From Candidatus Kerfeldbacteria bacterium (GTDB taxonomy: Bacteria > Patescibacteriota > Patescibacteriia > SBBC01 > CAIJZX01): a DNA stretch of 64,000 nucleotides. How positions within the stretch are numbered: the stretch's first letter is position 1; every line of letters starts with the position of its first letter. Below are positions 44,769 through 53,343 of the stretch, one piece after another. A program made the position numbers and the translations under genes. The stretch lies in contig CAVSWO010000002.1 of NCBI GenBank assembly GCA_963731735.1, positions 564,257 through 628,256 of the forward strand, given 5' to 3'. Under the pieces are notes generated by a model, which had not been told where the DNA came from, made no database searches, and was given only the letters and a program-made list of their open reading frames with translations.

Positions 44769-46253
44769 ATGGCAACAGCGCTGGTGTTTCTTTTCGTGCT
44801 GGCCATTCTGTTTGGTGGGTATTTGGCCCTGAACTGGACCTTGTACGCACTGGCAGATCGAGCTCAGCTAAACGCTCGTGGGCGAACGAACTTTGCCTAC
44901 GTCGTGGTCAAGGGATCGACCGTTCAACGAGTGGTCGTTATCCCGGTCAACGTGCAGCAACGCCAGTTCTATGAGGACATGGCGAAGGACAATTCCAGCT
45001 ACAAGATTCCCAGAGGAAAACCAGGACTGGTATGGGTTGGGTATCCGCCCAATATGTTCCAGCTCGCAAGCTGGGCACCCACGACCTACCATCAATACAC
45101 TCGCGGTGGTATTCGTCACGCCGTTCCGCTGAGCATTCTAAGGATCGACTTCCCGTTTCAGCCGACTGATGAAGAGCTCAAGGCACTGAACGCGAAAGCA
45201 GAAAAGGCGCGCGCCTCTTTTGAGGCGCGTGAGCGAAATCCAGGCCAGGCGCAGTCAATCGAACTGTCTTACCTGACCCCGGATGAAGCAGACAAGTTGC
45301 TGTACATTCCGAACGTTCGATCACAAGATCAGATCGAAATGAAAATCTGGGCCAAGGTCTACGTTATGATTCTTGACCCATACATTACCACTCAGGTCGC
45401 TGCCAACTTCGAAAACGACCTTCACGGTGTCATCGTTCCGCGAATCAGAAGCATTGCGGCCAGTAATGAGTTTATGGTCATTAATGCCACGGAGCAGAAT
45501 GGCAACGGACAGTCGAATTCGAATAAGGATGAATCGGCCGGTACGAATAAGGATGAATCGGCCGGTGTGGCTGAGTCCATCAAGAAGGAAATCGTTCGCT
45601 TCTCACGTGATGCAATGATTCAAACCATTGCTCGCCAGGTTCGTGAAGACGTCGGAGTGATGGAGAAGCAGCCACTCATCACTACCTACAAACAATACAA
45701 GGCCGAGTGCAAAAAGGCTGACACCAAGGGATCGAATGTTCTGAGGCGTGCACTGCGGGACTGGGGCATCTACATCATCGACATCGTGATCGAGGATGTG
45801 GAAGAAGCCAGCGGCGAGCTGAGTCAGGCGGCTGAAAAGTTTGCTAAGACTAAGCTCGAGCAGGCCGGTCGTCTCGTGACAGCCGAAACTACCCGCCGAG
45901 AGAAAATTCTCCTGGCTCAGGGTGATCAGGCAGCCACCGAGCATCGCATTCGTGGATTTGTACTCGGCAAGGATCCGAATCGCGAACTCACTCCTGATGG
46001 TCGAGCAGCATTCCTCGACTGGTTCTACAAGGACGCGTTGCGTGAAGGTATTAGTAAGGACGGCCGGACAATCCTGTATCAATGGCCGAATATGCCGGGG
46101 AACATGCAATCCATGGCCCCGGTCTACAACGATCTCAAGACCATGATTCAGGCGGCCATCGCAGCCGACCCGAGTCTGGCTGATCCCGAGAAGCTCATCA
46201 AGCATATCGAGTCGCTGCTTGGCGGCTCGAAACCGCCGGCAGCCTCCAGCTGA
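44769..46253 (+). CDS. Divergent SPFH/band-7 domain membrane protein
   Basis: N-terminal TM; VRSQDQIEM...ILDP, DWGIYIIDIVIEDV, Ala/Glu coiled coil ending AQGDQAA; strong SD. Confidence 0.7.
   Translation: MATALVFLFVLAILFGGYLALNWTLYALADRAQLNARGRTNFAYVVVKGSTVQRVVVIPVNVQQRQFYEDMAKDNSSYKIPRGKPGLVWVGYPPNMFQLASWAPTTYHQYTRGGIRHAVPLSILRIDFPFQPTDEELKALNAKAEKARASFEARERNPGQAQSIELSYLTPDEADKLLYIPNVRSQDQIEMKIWAKVYVMILDPYITTQVAANFENDLHGVIVPRIRSIAASNEFMVINATEQNGNGQSNSNKDESAGTNKDESAGVAESIKKEIVRFSRDAMIQTIARQVREDVGVMEKQPLITTYKQYKAECKKADTKGSNVLRRALRDWGIYIIDIVIEDVEEASGELSQAAEKFAKTKLEQAGRLVTAETTRREKILLAQGDQAATEHRIRGFVLGKDPNRELTPDGRAAFLDWFYKDALREGISKDGRTILYQWPNMPGNMQSMAPVYNDLKTMIQAAIAADPSLADPEKLIKHIESLLGGSKPPAASS
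45520..45566 (+). repeat. In-frame 24-bp tandem duplication (NKDESAG twice)
   Basis: CGAATAAGGATGAATCGGCCGGT at 45520 and 45544. Confidence 0.9.
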
Positions 46254-46266
46254 TAGGAGGTTCCCT

Positions 46267-47652
46267 ATGCGGTTGACCTTGAAAGGGTGGCGAGCCGTGC
46301 TCGCCACCCTCCTCATCCCAATCCTTGGAGTCGTGATTCTTACGCTCCTCGGTATATGGGTGTGGTCGATTCCAAACCTGTGGGTTCGATTAGTTGTGGC
46401 AATATCATTGATCGGCTCACTCGTCATTGGTGTTCAGCGGTGGAAACACAGTTCTAGTTTTCACGACATCTCGGACTGGTACCTGAATCAAGCTCGCGAA
46501 GCAGCCCCGCACCTGAAGCGGGGGTGGGAGCAGCGTCCGAACTGGCTTATCCCAGGCGCAGTCATGTTACTTCTGGCTGCGATGATTACGCATGCGGTCA
46601 GAAAAAAGATATCCTTGCCGCATTTCGGCGACGTGGATTTCAAACCGATTGGCTGGGTTCTGTTGGCGATCGGTTCGCTGTGGCTGATTATCTGGGGGAT
46701 ACGAAAGCTGGTCAGGAGAAAGCCTACCCCGAAAAGCGATGATACAGGGTCGAAGACTGGAAATCTAGTCAAGACCAAATCCTGGTCGGGTCCTCCTTGG
46801 CAAGTTCAAATCCTGTTGATCATCCCCTTGGCCACCATGGTCGGTTGGACCATCGTCAGTTGGACTTTCGGCAGCCGAGATTGGTGGATGATTCCGACCT
46901 GCATATTTCTCTTCGTCCTGCTGCTGTTTGCGTACTGGGTCAGGTGGGATGCAGTTGGTGTCCAAACCCGAACCACGAGCGGAGGCGGGAACGCGATAAC
47001 GCCTTGGTTCGTACGCGTAATCGTACTGGTCGTCGTGCTCGGCATGGTGGTTGGTTCCAAGTTGATTTATGACTGGGCCATTCACGACAAGGAGATGACG
47101 ACACGTATCAACCCGGTGGCCGCGGTCACCGCCGTCAAGTTGGGAATTATTCAAGACCGGTATGTGCAAGATCCACAAGATGGTCTTGGTCAAGGGAGGC
47201 CGGACGATATCCAAATCCTCACGGACAGTACGCTCGTTTGGACGATTCGTCCTAGCGCAACGTGGTTAAGTGGCGGGATTGAACTGAATCCGGATGAGGT
47301 GGTTATCAAGGACACCCCTGACAGCGTTTTCACCGCCACAATTCCTGGTCTCGGTCGTCGTGTCTTCACCTTGAGCGGGTTATCTGATGGGCAACGTATC
47401 ATGCCTTCTGATATTCCGGACAAGAACATCAAGGACACCTGTCCGCGGACTTCCCAACCATTAGGAGCTTTGCTCTATCGATGGGATGACACCATGGGCC
47501 ACTTCATGGGTTCGGGCCGCCAAGCCTATGCTCCAGCCGCTCGGAAACACCGAGTATTGCGAGTGACCATCAATCTCCCGACCAACGCGGTAATCGGGAA
47601 TGGCGATGACGATCGTGTTGTCATCACCCTCAAGAAAATGAAACGTCCGTAA
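46267..47652 (+). CDS. Multi-TM protein with C-terminal extracellular beta-domain (possibly PA-IL-like)
   Basis: About seven TMs, Trp-rich; AGGAGG before ATG 46267. Confidence 0.75.
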   Translation: MRLTLKGWRAVLATLLIPILGVVILTLLGIWVWSIPNLWVRLVVAISLIGSLVIGVQRWKHSSSFHDISDWYLNQAREAAPHLKRGWEQRPNWLIPGAVMLLLAAMITHAVRKKISLPHFGDVDFKPIGWVLLAIGSLWLIIWGIRKLVRRKPTPKSDDTGSKTGNLVKTKSWSGPPWQVQILLIIPLATMVGWTIVSWTFGSRDWWMIPTCIFLFVLLLFAYWVRWDAVGVQTRTTSGGGNAITPWFVRVIVLVVVLGMVVGSKLIYDWAIHDKEMTTRINPVAAVTAVKLGIIQDRYVQDPQDGLGQGRPDDIQILTDSTLVWTIRPSATWLSGGIELNPDEVVIKDTPDSVFTATIPGLGRRVFTLSGLSDGQRIMPSDIPDKNIKDTCPRTSQPLGALLYRWDDTMGHFMGSGRQAYAPAARKHRVLRVTINLPTNAVIGNGDDDRVVITLKKMKRP

Positions 47653-47678
47653 CAGTCGTTTTGCTCATTTCTCAAACC

Positions 47679-47714
47679 GACGGGTTCTCACACAAGTGGG
47701 ACCCGTCTTTTTTT
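47679..47714 (+). terminator. Rho-independent terminator
   Basis: GACGGGTTCTCAC-ACAA-GTGGGACCCGTC followed by T7. Confidence 0.85.
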
Positions 47715-47770
47715 ATCCAGCCACAGACTGGACAAGCCGGGCCCGGAATGGTATTCTGCTGCAGTCTTGT

Positions 47771-47848
47771 GGACCCGTGGTGTAGCCCGGTTAACACGTC
47801 TCCCTGTCACGGAGAAGATCGAGGGTTCGAATCCCTTCGGGTCCGCCA
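47771..47848 (+). tRNA. tRNA-Asp(GTC)
   Basis: Acceptor GGACCCG/CGGGTCC + GCCA; anticodon arm TCTCC-CTGTCAC-GGAGA; TTCGAAT T-loop. Confidence 0.96.
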
Positions 47849-47862
47849 CTCGACTCGTCCAT

Positions 47863-49938
47863 ATGAAATTCCCTGTTTTGTCCCGATCCGCTTGGCTAGC
47901 TCTCGCGGTGGTTTTGGTTATTCCATTGGTTCTGCTCTGGCCGATGCTGCGGGGCGAGGTGCCGGTCCCGGCTAATACGCTGGACGGGATTTTTCATGGG
48001 TCAACGACTCAGCTAGCTCATCCCGATGCTTTTCGTGATGCAATATCCCAGGCCTATCCCTATCATCAATTCGGAGCCGCGGCCGTGCAATCTGGCCGAT
48101 TGCCGATTTGGAATAATTTGATTTTTGCGGGGACGCCGTTTTTTGCCAATGGCCAAGCTGGCCTGCTCTCGCCGCTGCAGGCGGCTTGGTGGTGGTTGCC
48201 GGGCTGGTTGAGTTTTAACTTGAGTCTGTTGATCCAGTTTGTGGTGGCCGGGGTTGGCATGCTCTGCCTCGGGCGACAACTTGGTTGGCGCTGGCCGACG
48301 GCCGCCGCCGCCGCCAGTATTTTTATGCTGAGCGCGCCGTTTGTGTTGCGCGCCAATTTGGTGACGTACGCTGCGACGGCCGCCTGGTTACCCTGGATGG
48401 GCTGGGCGGCAGCTCGATTACATGAACGCTTGAAAGTGGGTCGCGCGGCTACGTACGCGCTGACGATCGCCGCCACGTTCCTGAGCGGCCACATGCAAAT
48501 TGCGACCTTGGTGTTTGGAATCCATGTGGTTTGGGTAGCCGCGCTTTGGCGCCAAGCAGCCAGCCGGCGCCGGTTTGCGTTTTTTGCGGCCGCGATTAGC
48601 TTGGGGCTCGGTATCGCGTCGATACAAATTCTGCCAACCATGGAGACCACCCAGTATGCGTATCGTACGGCGGTTCGCCCGACGGCGGAAGCTTTTCACT
48701 TGACCAACCTCTTCCATCCAGCGACCGCCAATCTTCGCGCGGCAGCCACGCTGATAGATCCCAACTTGCTGGGGAATGTTAGGCAGTATCGTGGTCCAGA
48801 AAACTATATTGAATCAAATCTCTATCTTGGGCTGTTCGCCTTGGGACTCGTGCTACTCGCCCTGGCCGCTAGCCGGAACCGTATTTGGTGGTTTGGTTTT
48901 GGTTCATTGGCGGCGATCGGAATGGTCTGGATATTTCCTGGCCTTTGGAATTTACCGAGTTTTTTGGTACCGGCCCTGGCCCTGACTCCGATTTGGCGAT
49001 TAATCATTCCTTTCGCGTTTGTGGCCGCCTTGATGGCGGGAGTCGGGATGCATCACTGGTTTGATCGACGGCCGATCTGTCTATCCTGGACCGGGTTGGG
49101 TGTGTTAACCATAGTAATGCTCTGGCAGTGGCACGGGATTCTGCCGTTTACGCCGCATCAACAATTGTTCGAACCGAATCCGGTGATTAGTCAACTCCGG
49201 CAGACGCTGCAGCCCGGGGAACGCGTTTGGGTGGTTGATGGGGCACTTGACCAATTTATGGTGGCCGGAATCCCGGTCGTGACTGGTTATGATTCGCTCT
49301 ATCCAAAATCATACCTTGCCCTCTGGCAAGCCAACAGTGACGTTCAAAAACGCAACCAGCTGCATGTGCATCAACCCGATCAAGCCCTACTGGCCGCCAC
49401 CGGGGCGAATGTACTGCTGACCCGGCAACCGGTACCGGCCGGTTGGACGCCGGTATTTTCCGATGCGCCCTGGACAATCGCGCGTCGCGATAATGCGGCC
49501 GCGCCGTTTCATGTGGTGAATCAGCTGGTGGTCAGTCAAGACCCGGCCAAGCTCAAGCAGCTGGATATCAACCGCCAGGCTTTGATTGATCAAGCGGTTT
49601 CGATCGAGCCCACCGCGGTTATGGCGCAAGTCCAGCTTCAAGCAATCACAGCCGAACAAACCCAAGTCGTCGTCACGACAGATCATGACACCGTCTTAGT
49701 CACCAATCTGCAACAGTACCCCGGCTGGACGGTTAGTCTGGATGGGAAACCAGCAGCCACGCGAATCGTGAATGCAACCTTCTTAGGCGCCACCGTTCCG
49801 ACCGGCACCCATCTGGTCCAGTTCGTATATCATCCGCGGAGTTTCCAAATCGGCGGTTGGATCAGTCTGGTCGCCATCCTGATACTTGGGAGTTGGTGGG
49901 GGACGAGTTTACCAAAAAACAAACCCACCCGGGCTTGA
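47863..49938 (+). CDS. YfhO-family (GT-C-like) membrane protein
   Basis: GRLPIWNNLIFAGTPFFAN, LSGHMQ, YLG; C-terminal YPGW...VNATFLG..VPTGTHLVQFVYHP. Confidence 0.85.
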   Translation: MKFPVLSRSAWLALAVVLVIPLVLLWPMLRGEVPVPANTLDGIFHGSTTQLAHPDAFRDAISQAYPYHQFGAAAVQSGRLPIWNNLIFAGTPFFANGQAGLLSPLQAAWWWLPGWLSFNLSLLIQFVVAGVGMLCLGRQLGWRWPTAAAAASIFMLSAPFVLRANLVTYAATAAWLPWMGWAAARLHERLKVGRAATYALTIAATFLSGHMQIATLVFGIHVVWVAALWRQAASRRRFAFFAAAISLGLGIASIQILPTMETTQYAYRTAVRPTAEAFHLTNLFHPATANLRAAATLIDPNLLGNVRQYRGPENYIESNLYLGLFALGLVLLALAASRNRIWWFGFGSLAAIGMVWIFPGLWNLPSFLVPALALTPIWRLIIPFAFVAALMAGVGMHHWFDRRPICLSWTGLGVLTIVMLWQWHGILPFTPHQQLFEPNPVISQLRQTLQPGERVWVVDGALDQFMVAGIPVVTGYDSLYPKSYLALWQANSDVQKRNQLHVHQPDQALLAATGANVLLTRQPVPAGWTPVFSDAPWTIARRDNAAAPFHVVNQLVVSQDPAKLKQLDINRQALIDQAVSIEPTAVMAQVQLQAITAEQTQVVVTTDHDTVLVTNLQQYPGWTVSLDGKPAATRIVNATFLGATVPTGTHLVQFVYHPRSFQIGGWISLVAILILGSWWGTSLPKNKPTRA

Positions 49939-49954
49939 CTAAGGCGTCGCGGGA

Positions 49955-50296
49955 TTAACCGAGTTTTGCCAGGATAGCTTCGAAGATTTTCGGCTGTTCG
50001 CCGGCAATTTGCGCCAGCACCTTTCGATCAATTTCGATGTTGGCTTTGCGCAACTTGTTGATCAATGTACTGTAGCTCAATTCATGCTGCTTGGCGGCCG
50101 CTCCAATTTGGATTTGCCACATGGCGCGGTACTGACGCTTTTTTAAGCGTCGGTGCTTGTAGGAATGCTGTCCGGCCCGAATCGTCGCCTGGGTAGCCAA
50201 TCGAATCGAAGACTTTCGGCGCCAGCGGTAGCCCTTGGTTTTACTCAGAAGATTTTTGCGTCGCTTGACGTGCGCGACACCGCGTTTAACTCGCAT
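49955..50296 (-). CDS. rplT: 50S ribosomal protein L20
   Basis: MRVKRG...KGY...KKRQYRAMW..IGAA...IDRKVLA. Confidence 0.97.
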   Translation of the reverse strand: MRVKRGVAHVKRRKNLLSKTKGYRWRRKSSIRLATQATIRAGQHSYKHRRLKKRQYRAMWQIQIGAAAKQHELSYSTLINKLRKANIEIDRKVLAQIAGEQPKIFEAILAKLG

Positions 50297-50305
50297 ACGA
50301 AGAAA

Positions 50306-50503
50306 TTATCGGTAGGGGGTGAGTTTCTTGATGGCCGGAATATCAACCGCACTGACGCGGATATCGCGGCGCTTGCCCATGGTGGTTTTGCCCGATTCGC
50401 GCGAGTTGAAATGGTCTTGACCAGCTTTACGCTTCATCAAGCCTTTCTTGCCCGTGGTTCGGAACCGCTTGGCGGTGGCTTTGTGAGTCTTCAATTTCGG
50501 CAT
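50306..50503 (-). CDS. rpmI: 50S ribosomal protein L35
   Basis: MPKLKTHKATAKRFRTTG. Confidence 0.96.
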   Translation of the reverse strand: MPKLKTHKATAKRFRTTGKKGLMKRKAGQDHFNSRESGKTTMGKRRDIRVSAVDIPAIKKLTPYR

Positions 50504-50569
50504 AGATAACTCGGCGAGTGTACCCGAAAGCCCAGCCAGTGTCAAGCACCGCCGTTTCGGCCGCTTGGT

Positions 50570-51088
50570 CTACTTCTTCTTGCCGATAATGGCGGTCACT
50601 CGATTGCCCATCACGCCCAAGGGCTGTTCAACCACGATCATATCACCCATTTCTTCCAGGAACTGGGTGACCTGTTTGCGGGCGAAGTCCTTATGGGCGT
50701 TTTCACGGCCGCGGAGACGCATTTCAAGCTGAACCTTGTGTCCTTCATCCAGGAAGCGAGTGGCCAAGGCCTGTTGCCGTTCTTTGTCGGCCTTACCCAT
50801 GCCAAAACCCAGTCGGACGCCTTTGAGTTCAACTTTTTTCTGCTGTGATTTGGCTTTGCGCTGTTGGCGCTCCTGCTGGTAGACGAAGGCGCCGAAATCC
50901 AGAATTTTACAAACCGGCGGGCGCGCCATCGGCGCCACTTCAACCAAATCCAAACCGCGCTCTTGCGCCAATGCCTGGGCCCGAGCGGTTTCCATCTCGC
51001 CGAGATGTTCCCCCTGGTCGTCAATCACGACGACACGTGGGACCCGGATATACTGGTTCGTCCGGTACCGGCGCTGCGGCGTACTAAT
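50570..51088 (-). CDS. infC: Translation initiation factor IF-3 with AUU start
   Basis: NQYIRVPRVVVIDDQG, LDLVEVAPMARPPVCKILDFG, LRGRE; in-frame ATT at 51088, six codons after an in-frame stop. Confidence 0.95.
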   Translation of the reverse strand: MSTPQRRYRTNQYIRVPRVVVIDDQGEHLGEMETARAQALAQERGLDLVEVAPMARPPVCKILDFGAFVYQQERQQRKAKSQQKKVELKGVRLGFGMGKADKERQQALATRFLDEGHKVQLEMRLRGRENAHKDFARKQVTQFLEEMGDMIVVEQPLGVMGNRVTAIIGKKK

Positions 51089-51147
51089 TGTCGTAGAGGT
51101 TACTCATCAATACTGGCGGGAAGTATAGAGGATTATTCCGTGATTGT

Positions 51148-52221
51148 CTAGAGTACCTTGAAGGTTCTCGCCATCCGTTCAAAGTCAGCAATATTCAGAT
51201 CGAGAGACGCATCATCGTGCGCAGATTGTGTCCAAGTTTGGTACCAGAGGTAGTAAACCTTCTGGTAGTCTTTGGTAACCAAGATCACTTTGTTGCGAAT
51301 GTAGAAATTTTGATAGGCACTGGTCTGGACCGTCATGATTGAAGCAGTATGGCCCTGAATGGTAAACCGTTTAACATCGGAGACCTTGAAAGGGAATTTC
51401 GGGTCGCCGTGATTAAAGATTTCGACTCCATCAGAGTTTTTCTGATGAAACCAGTCATCCAAATAACTATTTACGAATCCATCCCAGTCATGCGCTGCCA
51501 GTTTTTCGGTCGTGCGGGTGCTAAACCATGGACCCGGACTATACCGCCAACTCGGTTCCGGACCAGCCATCTCTCCAATGTAAATTACGTTACCACCACC
51601 GTAGGGGAGACTTCGTGAAAATAGTGAATATTCAAACGGCTGAGATTGCGAACCCCAAGGAGTGAAGCTCCAGCTGCCAGTATCACCGTTCCCAATTAGC
51701 CCATAGAAGACAAACGCGTACCCGCCCTCGCTGACATGAAATTGATTTGGGCGGAAAAGTCGGTCGGGTTCAACTTGATTGATACTTTCGTTGTCCGCGC
51801 CCAGTCCGAGATTGCGCATCAGGCTAAAGGCGTCAGCCGGTCGTCCCATATAATAGCGTTTCAAATCCCCAGGATAGACATACCAGGCCTCTCCGTTTTT
51901 TTCGACTTGCAAAACAATCCGACCCGATAACCGCTGACGCAAGGCCAGGTCACCTTGGTCATTGGAACCAGAAGTTGGAATCTTTGCTAAATCAGCATTG
52001 GTGATCCCGAGCCCAAGTTCCCGCATAATTGAAAAAGCATCAGATGGGTTTCCCAGGTAATAACGAAGTTTGTTGGTGGGAAAAATATACCAGGCCTCTC
52101 CATTCCGTTCGACCTGTAAGAGAATTTTTCCTGAATTGGAATCGGCCACCGAACTGGCTGAGGCGAATGATGGCACGAAGAAAAATAAAACGCCCGCAAT
52201 GAGGGCTAGGGTAAATCGCAT
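51148..52221 (-). CDS. Secreted protein with tandem CPR-type GRILLQVE..GEAWY repeats
   Basis: Signal peptide; two copies of G.I.LQVE.NGEAWY..P...RYY.G.P.DAFS.MR.LGLG; PsbP-like ending FERMARTFK. Confidence 0.82.
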   Translation of the reverse strand: MRFTLALIAGVLFFFVPSFASASSVADSNSGKILLQVERNGEAWYIFPTNKLRYYLGNPSDAFSIMRELGLGITNADLAKIPTSGSNDQGDLALRQRLSGRIVLQVEKNGEAWYVYPGDLKRYYMGRPADAFSLMRNLGLGADNESINQVEPDRLFRPNQFHVSEGGYAFVFYGLIGNGDTGSWSFTPWGSQSQPFEYSLFSRSLPYGGGNVIYIGEMAGPEPSWRYSPGPWFSTRTTEKLAAHDWDGFVNSYLDDWFHQKNSDGVEIFNHGDPKFPFKVSDVKRFTIQGHTASIMTVQTSAYQNFYIRNKVILVTKDYQKVYYLWYQTWTQSAHDDASLDLNIADFERMARTFKVL

Positions 52222-52325
52222 GGGCGTATGGCTTAATTGATTGAATTCAATCTCCAAGCCCAGTCTAAAGGATGTCCGGAATTCTGTCCAGTTACAACAA
52301 CAGCCGTCGTAGTGACAGCTGTTCT

Positions 52326-52714
52326 TGGTGGAGATGGCGGGTCTCACACCCGCGTGACGATGGACTACTCTTCAACCCGATCCGTGCGCATTCCGCTCAA
52401 GCATGTCTCCATCAGGGACAGAGCGGACGAGTACCCTGCTGGAGGTGTTCAGAGAATTCGCAGTGATGCATCTGAACGTTTCACCACTGGTCCGACGAAG
52501 GTGACACCCGTGATCGGCCTAGTCGGAGTCGACCGGACGGATGGCATTACGCGATTAGGCGAATGCAGGCGCTAAGGACGGGACGCTGAAAGCATTCCGA
52601 AGCTTAGCGAGAAGGTTTTTGGCACTTCTCAATTTCTCCACATTAACGACGGTGGAAACGTGTCGGCACGAGGCGGAAAAGCTGTCAACGATCGTTCGAC
52701 GTTTGAACATCCCC
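52326..52714 (-). ncRNA. ssrA: tmRNA (one-piece), tag (A)AKNLLAKLRNAFSVPSLAPAFA
   Basis: 5' GGGGATG pairs with 3' CATCTCC-ACCA including G3.U70; internal ORF ending AFA-stop; downstream of smpB. Confidence 0.92.
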
Positions 52715-52779
52715 CGCCCACCATGATTTCGGAAAATCCGCGCCATGATGAGCGGCGGGGTTCAAACGATTGTGCCTGC

Positions 52780-52808
52780 AGTATAGGTGAAAAACGCGGT
52801 TTTGTCAA
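52780..52808 (-). promoter_or_regulatory. sigma70 promoter of ssrA
   Basis: TTGACA-17 nt-TATACT on the minus strand. Confidence 0.75.
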
Positions 52809-52850
52809 GACAGCGGGAAAACTCGTTGTCGAACTGAGAGGTGCCTTTGG

Positions 52851-53297
52851 CTAAACTTTCTGTCGCATCGCTCGGCCAATTTTCCGTTCGGTTTCGCGTT
52901 GCTTGATGGTCGCCCGTTTGTCTTTCTTGCCTTTGCCTCGGCCAAGGCCGAGTTCAACTTTGATTAGGCCGCGTTTGGTATACAGGGTGAGGGGGACCAG
53001 TGTCAGCCCGGCGCTTTTGAGGGTCCCAATCATGCGGTCGATATCGCTCCGTTTAACCAACAACTTTCGTGAACGATCTGGATCGGATTGATTATTGCCG
53101 GCCGGTTTGTAGTGGCCGATGTGGGCATTGATGAGCCACAGCTCCGAACCCTTGATGGTGGCGTAGCTGCCTTTCAACGAAACGTTACCGGCTTTAACGG
53201 ATTTAACCTCCGGTCCGGTTAAACGAATACCCGACTCGAGAGTTTCCAGGATCGAGAATTTGTGGTGGGCATCGCGATTGGTGGCCAAGGTCGGCAT
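52851..53297 (-). CDS. smpB: SsrA-binding protein
   Basis: ATNRDAHH, ESGIRLTGPEVKSVK, RSRKLL, LTLVPL, GKGKKDKRATIK. Confidence 0.96.
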   Translation of the reverse strand: MPTLATNRDAHHKFSILETLESGIRLTGPEVKSVKAGNVSLKGSYATIKGSELWLINAHIGHYKPAGNNQSDPDRSRKLLVKRSDIDRMIGTLKSAGLTLVPLTLYTKRGLIKVELGLGRGKGKKDKRATIKQRETERKIGRAMRQKV

Positions 53298-53343
53298 ATG
53301 AAAAGTGTACCATGCCGGCAAAGCTGATGTATAATGAAACGGT

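Noticed and set aside
47661-47862. ORF 47661..47975 and the extended start of the YfhO gene
   Set aside because: They read through a terminator and tRNA-Asp
52237-52854. Short ORFs over the ssrA region
   Set aside because: Explained by tmRNA; the end of 52555..52746 is the tag reading frame
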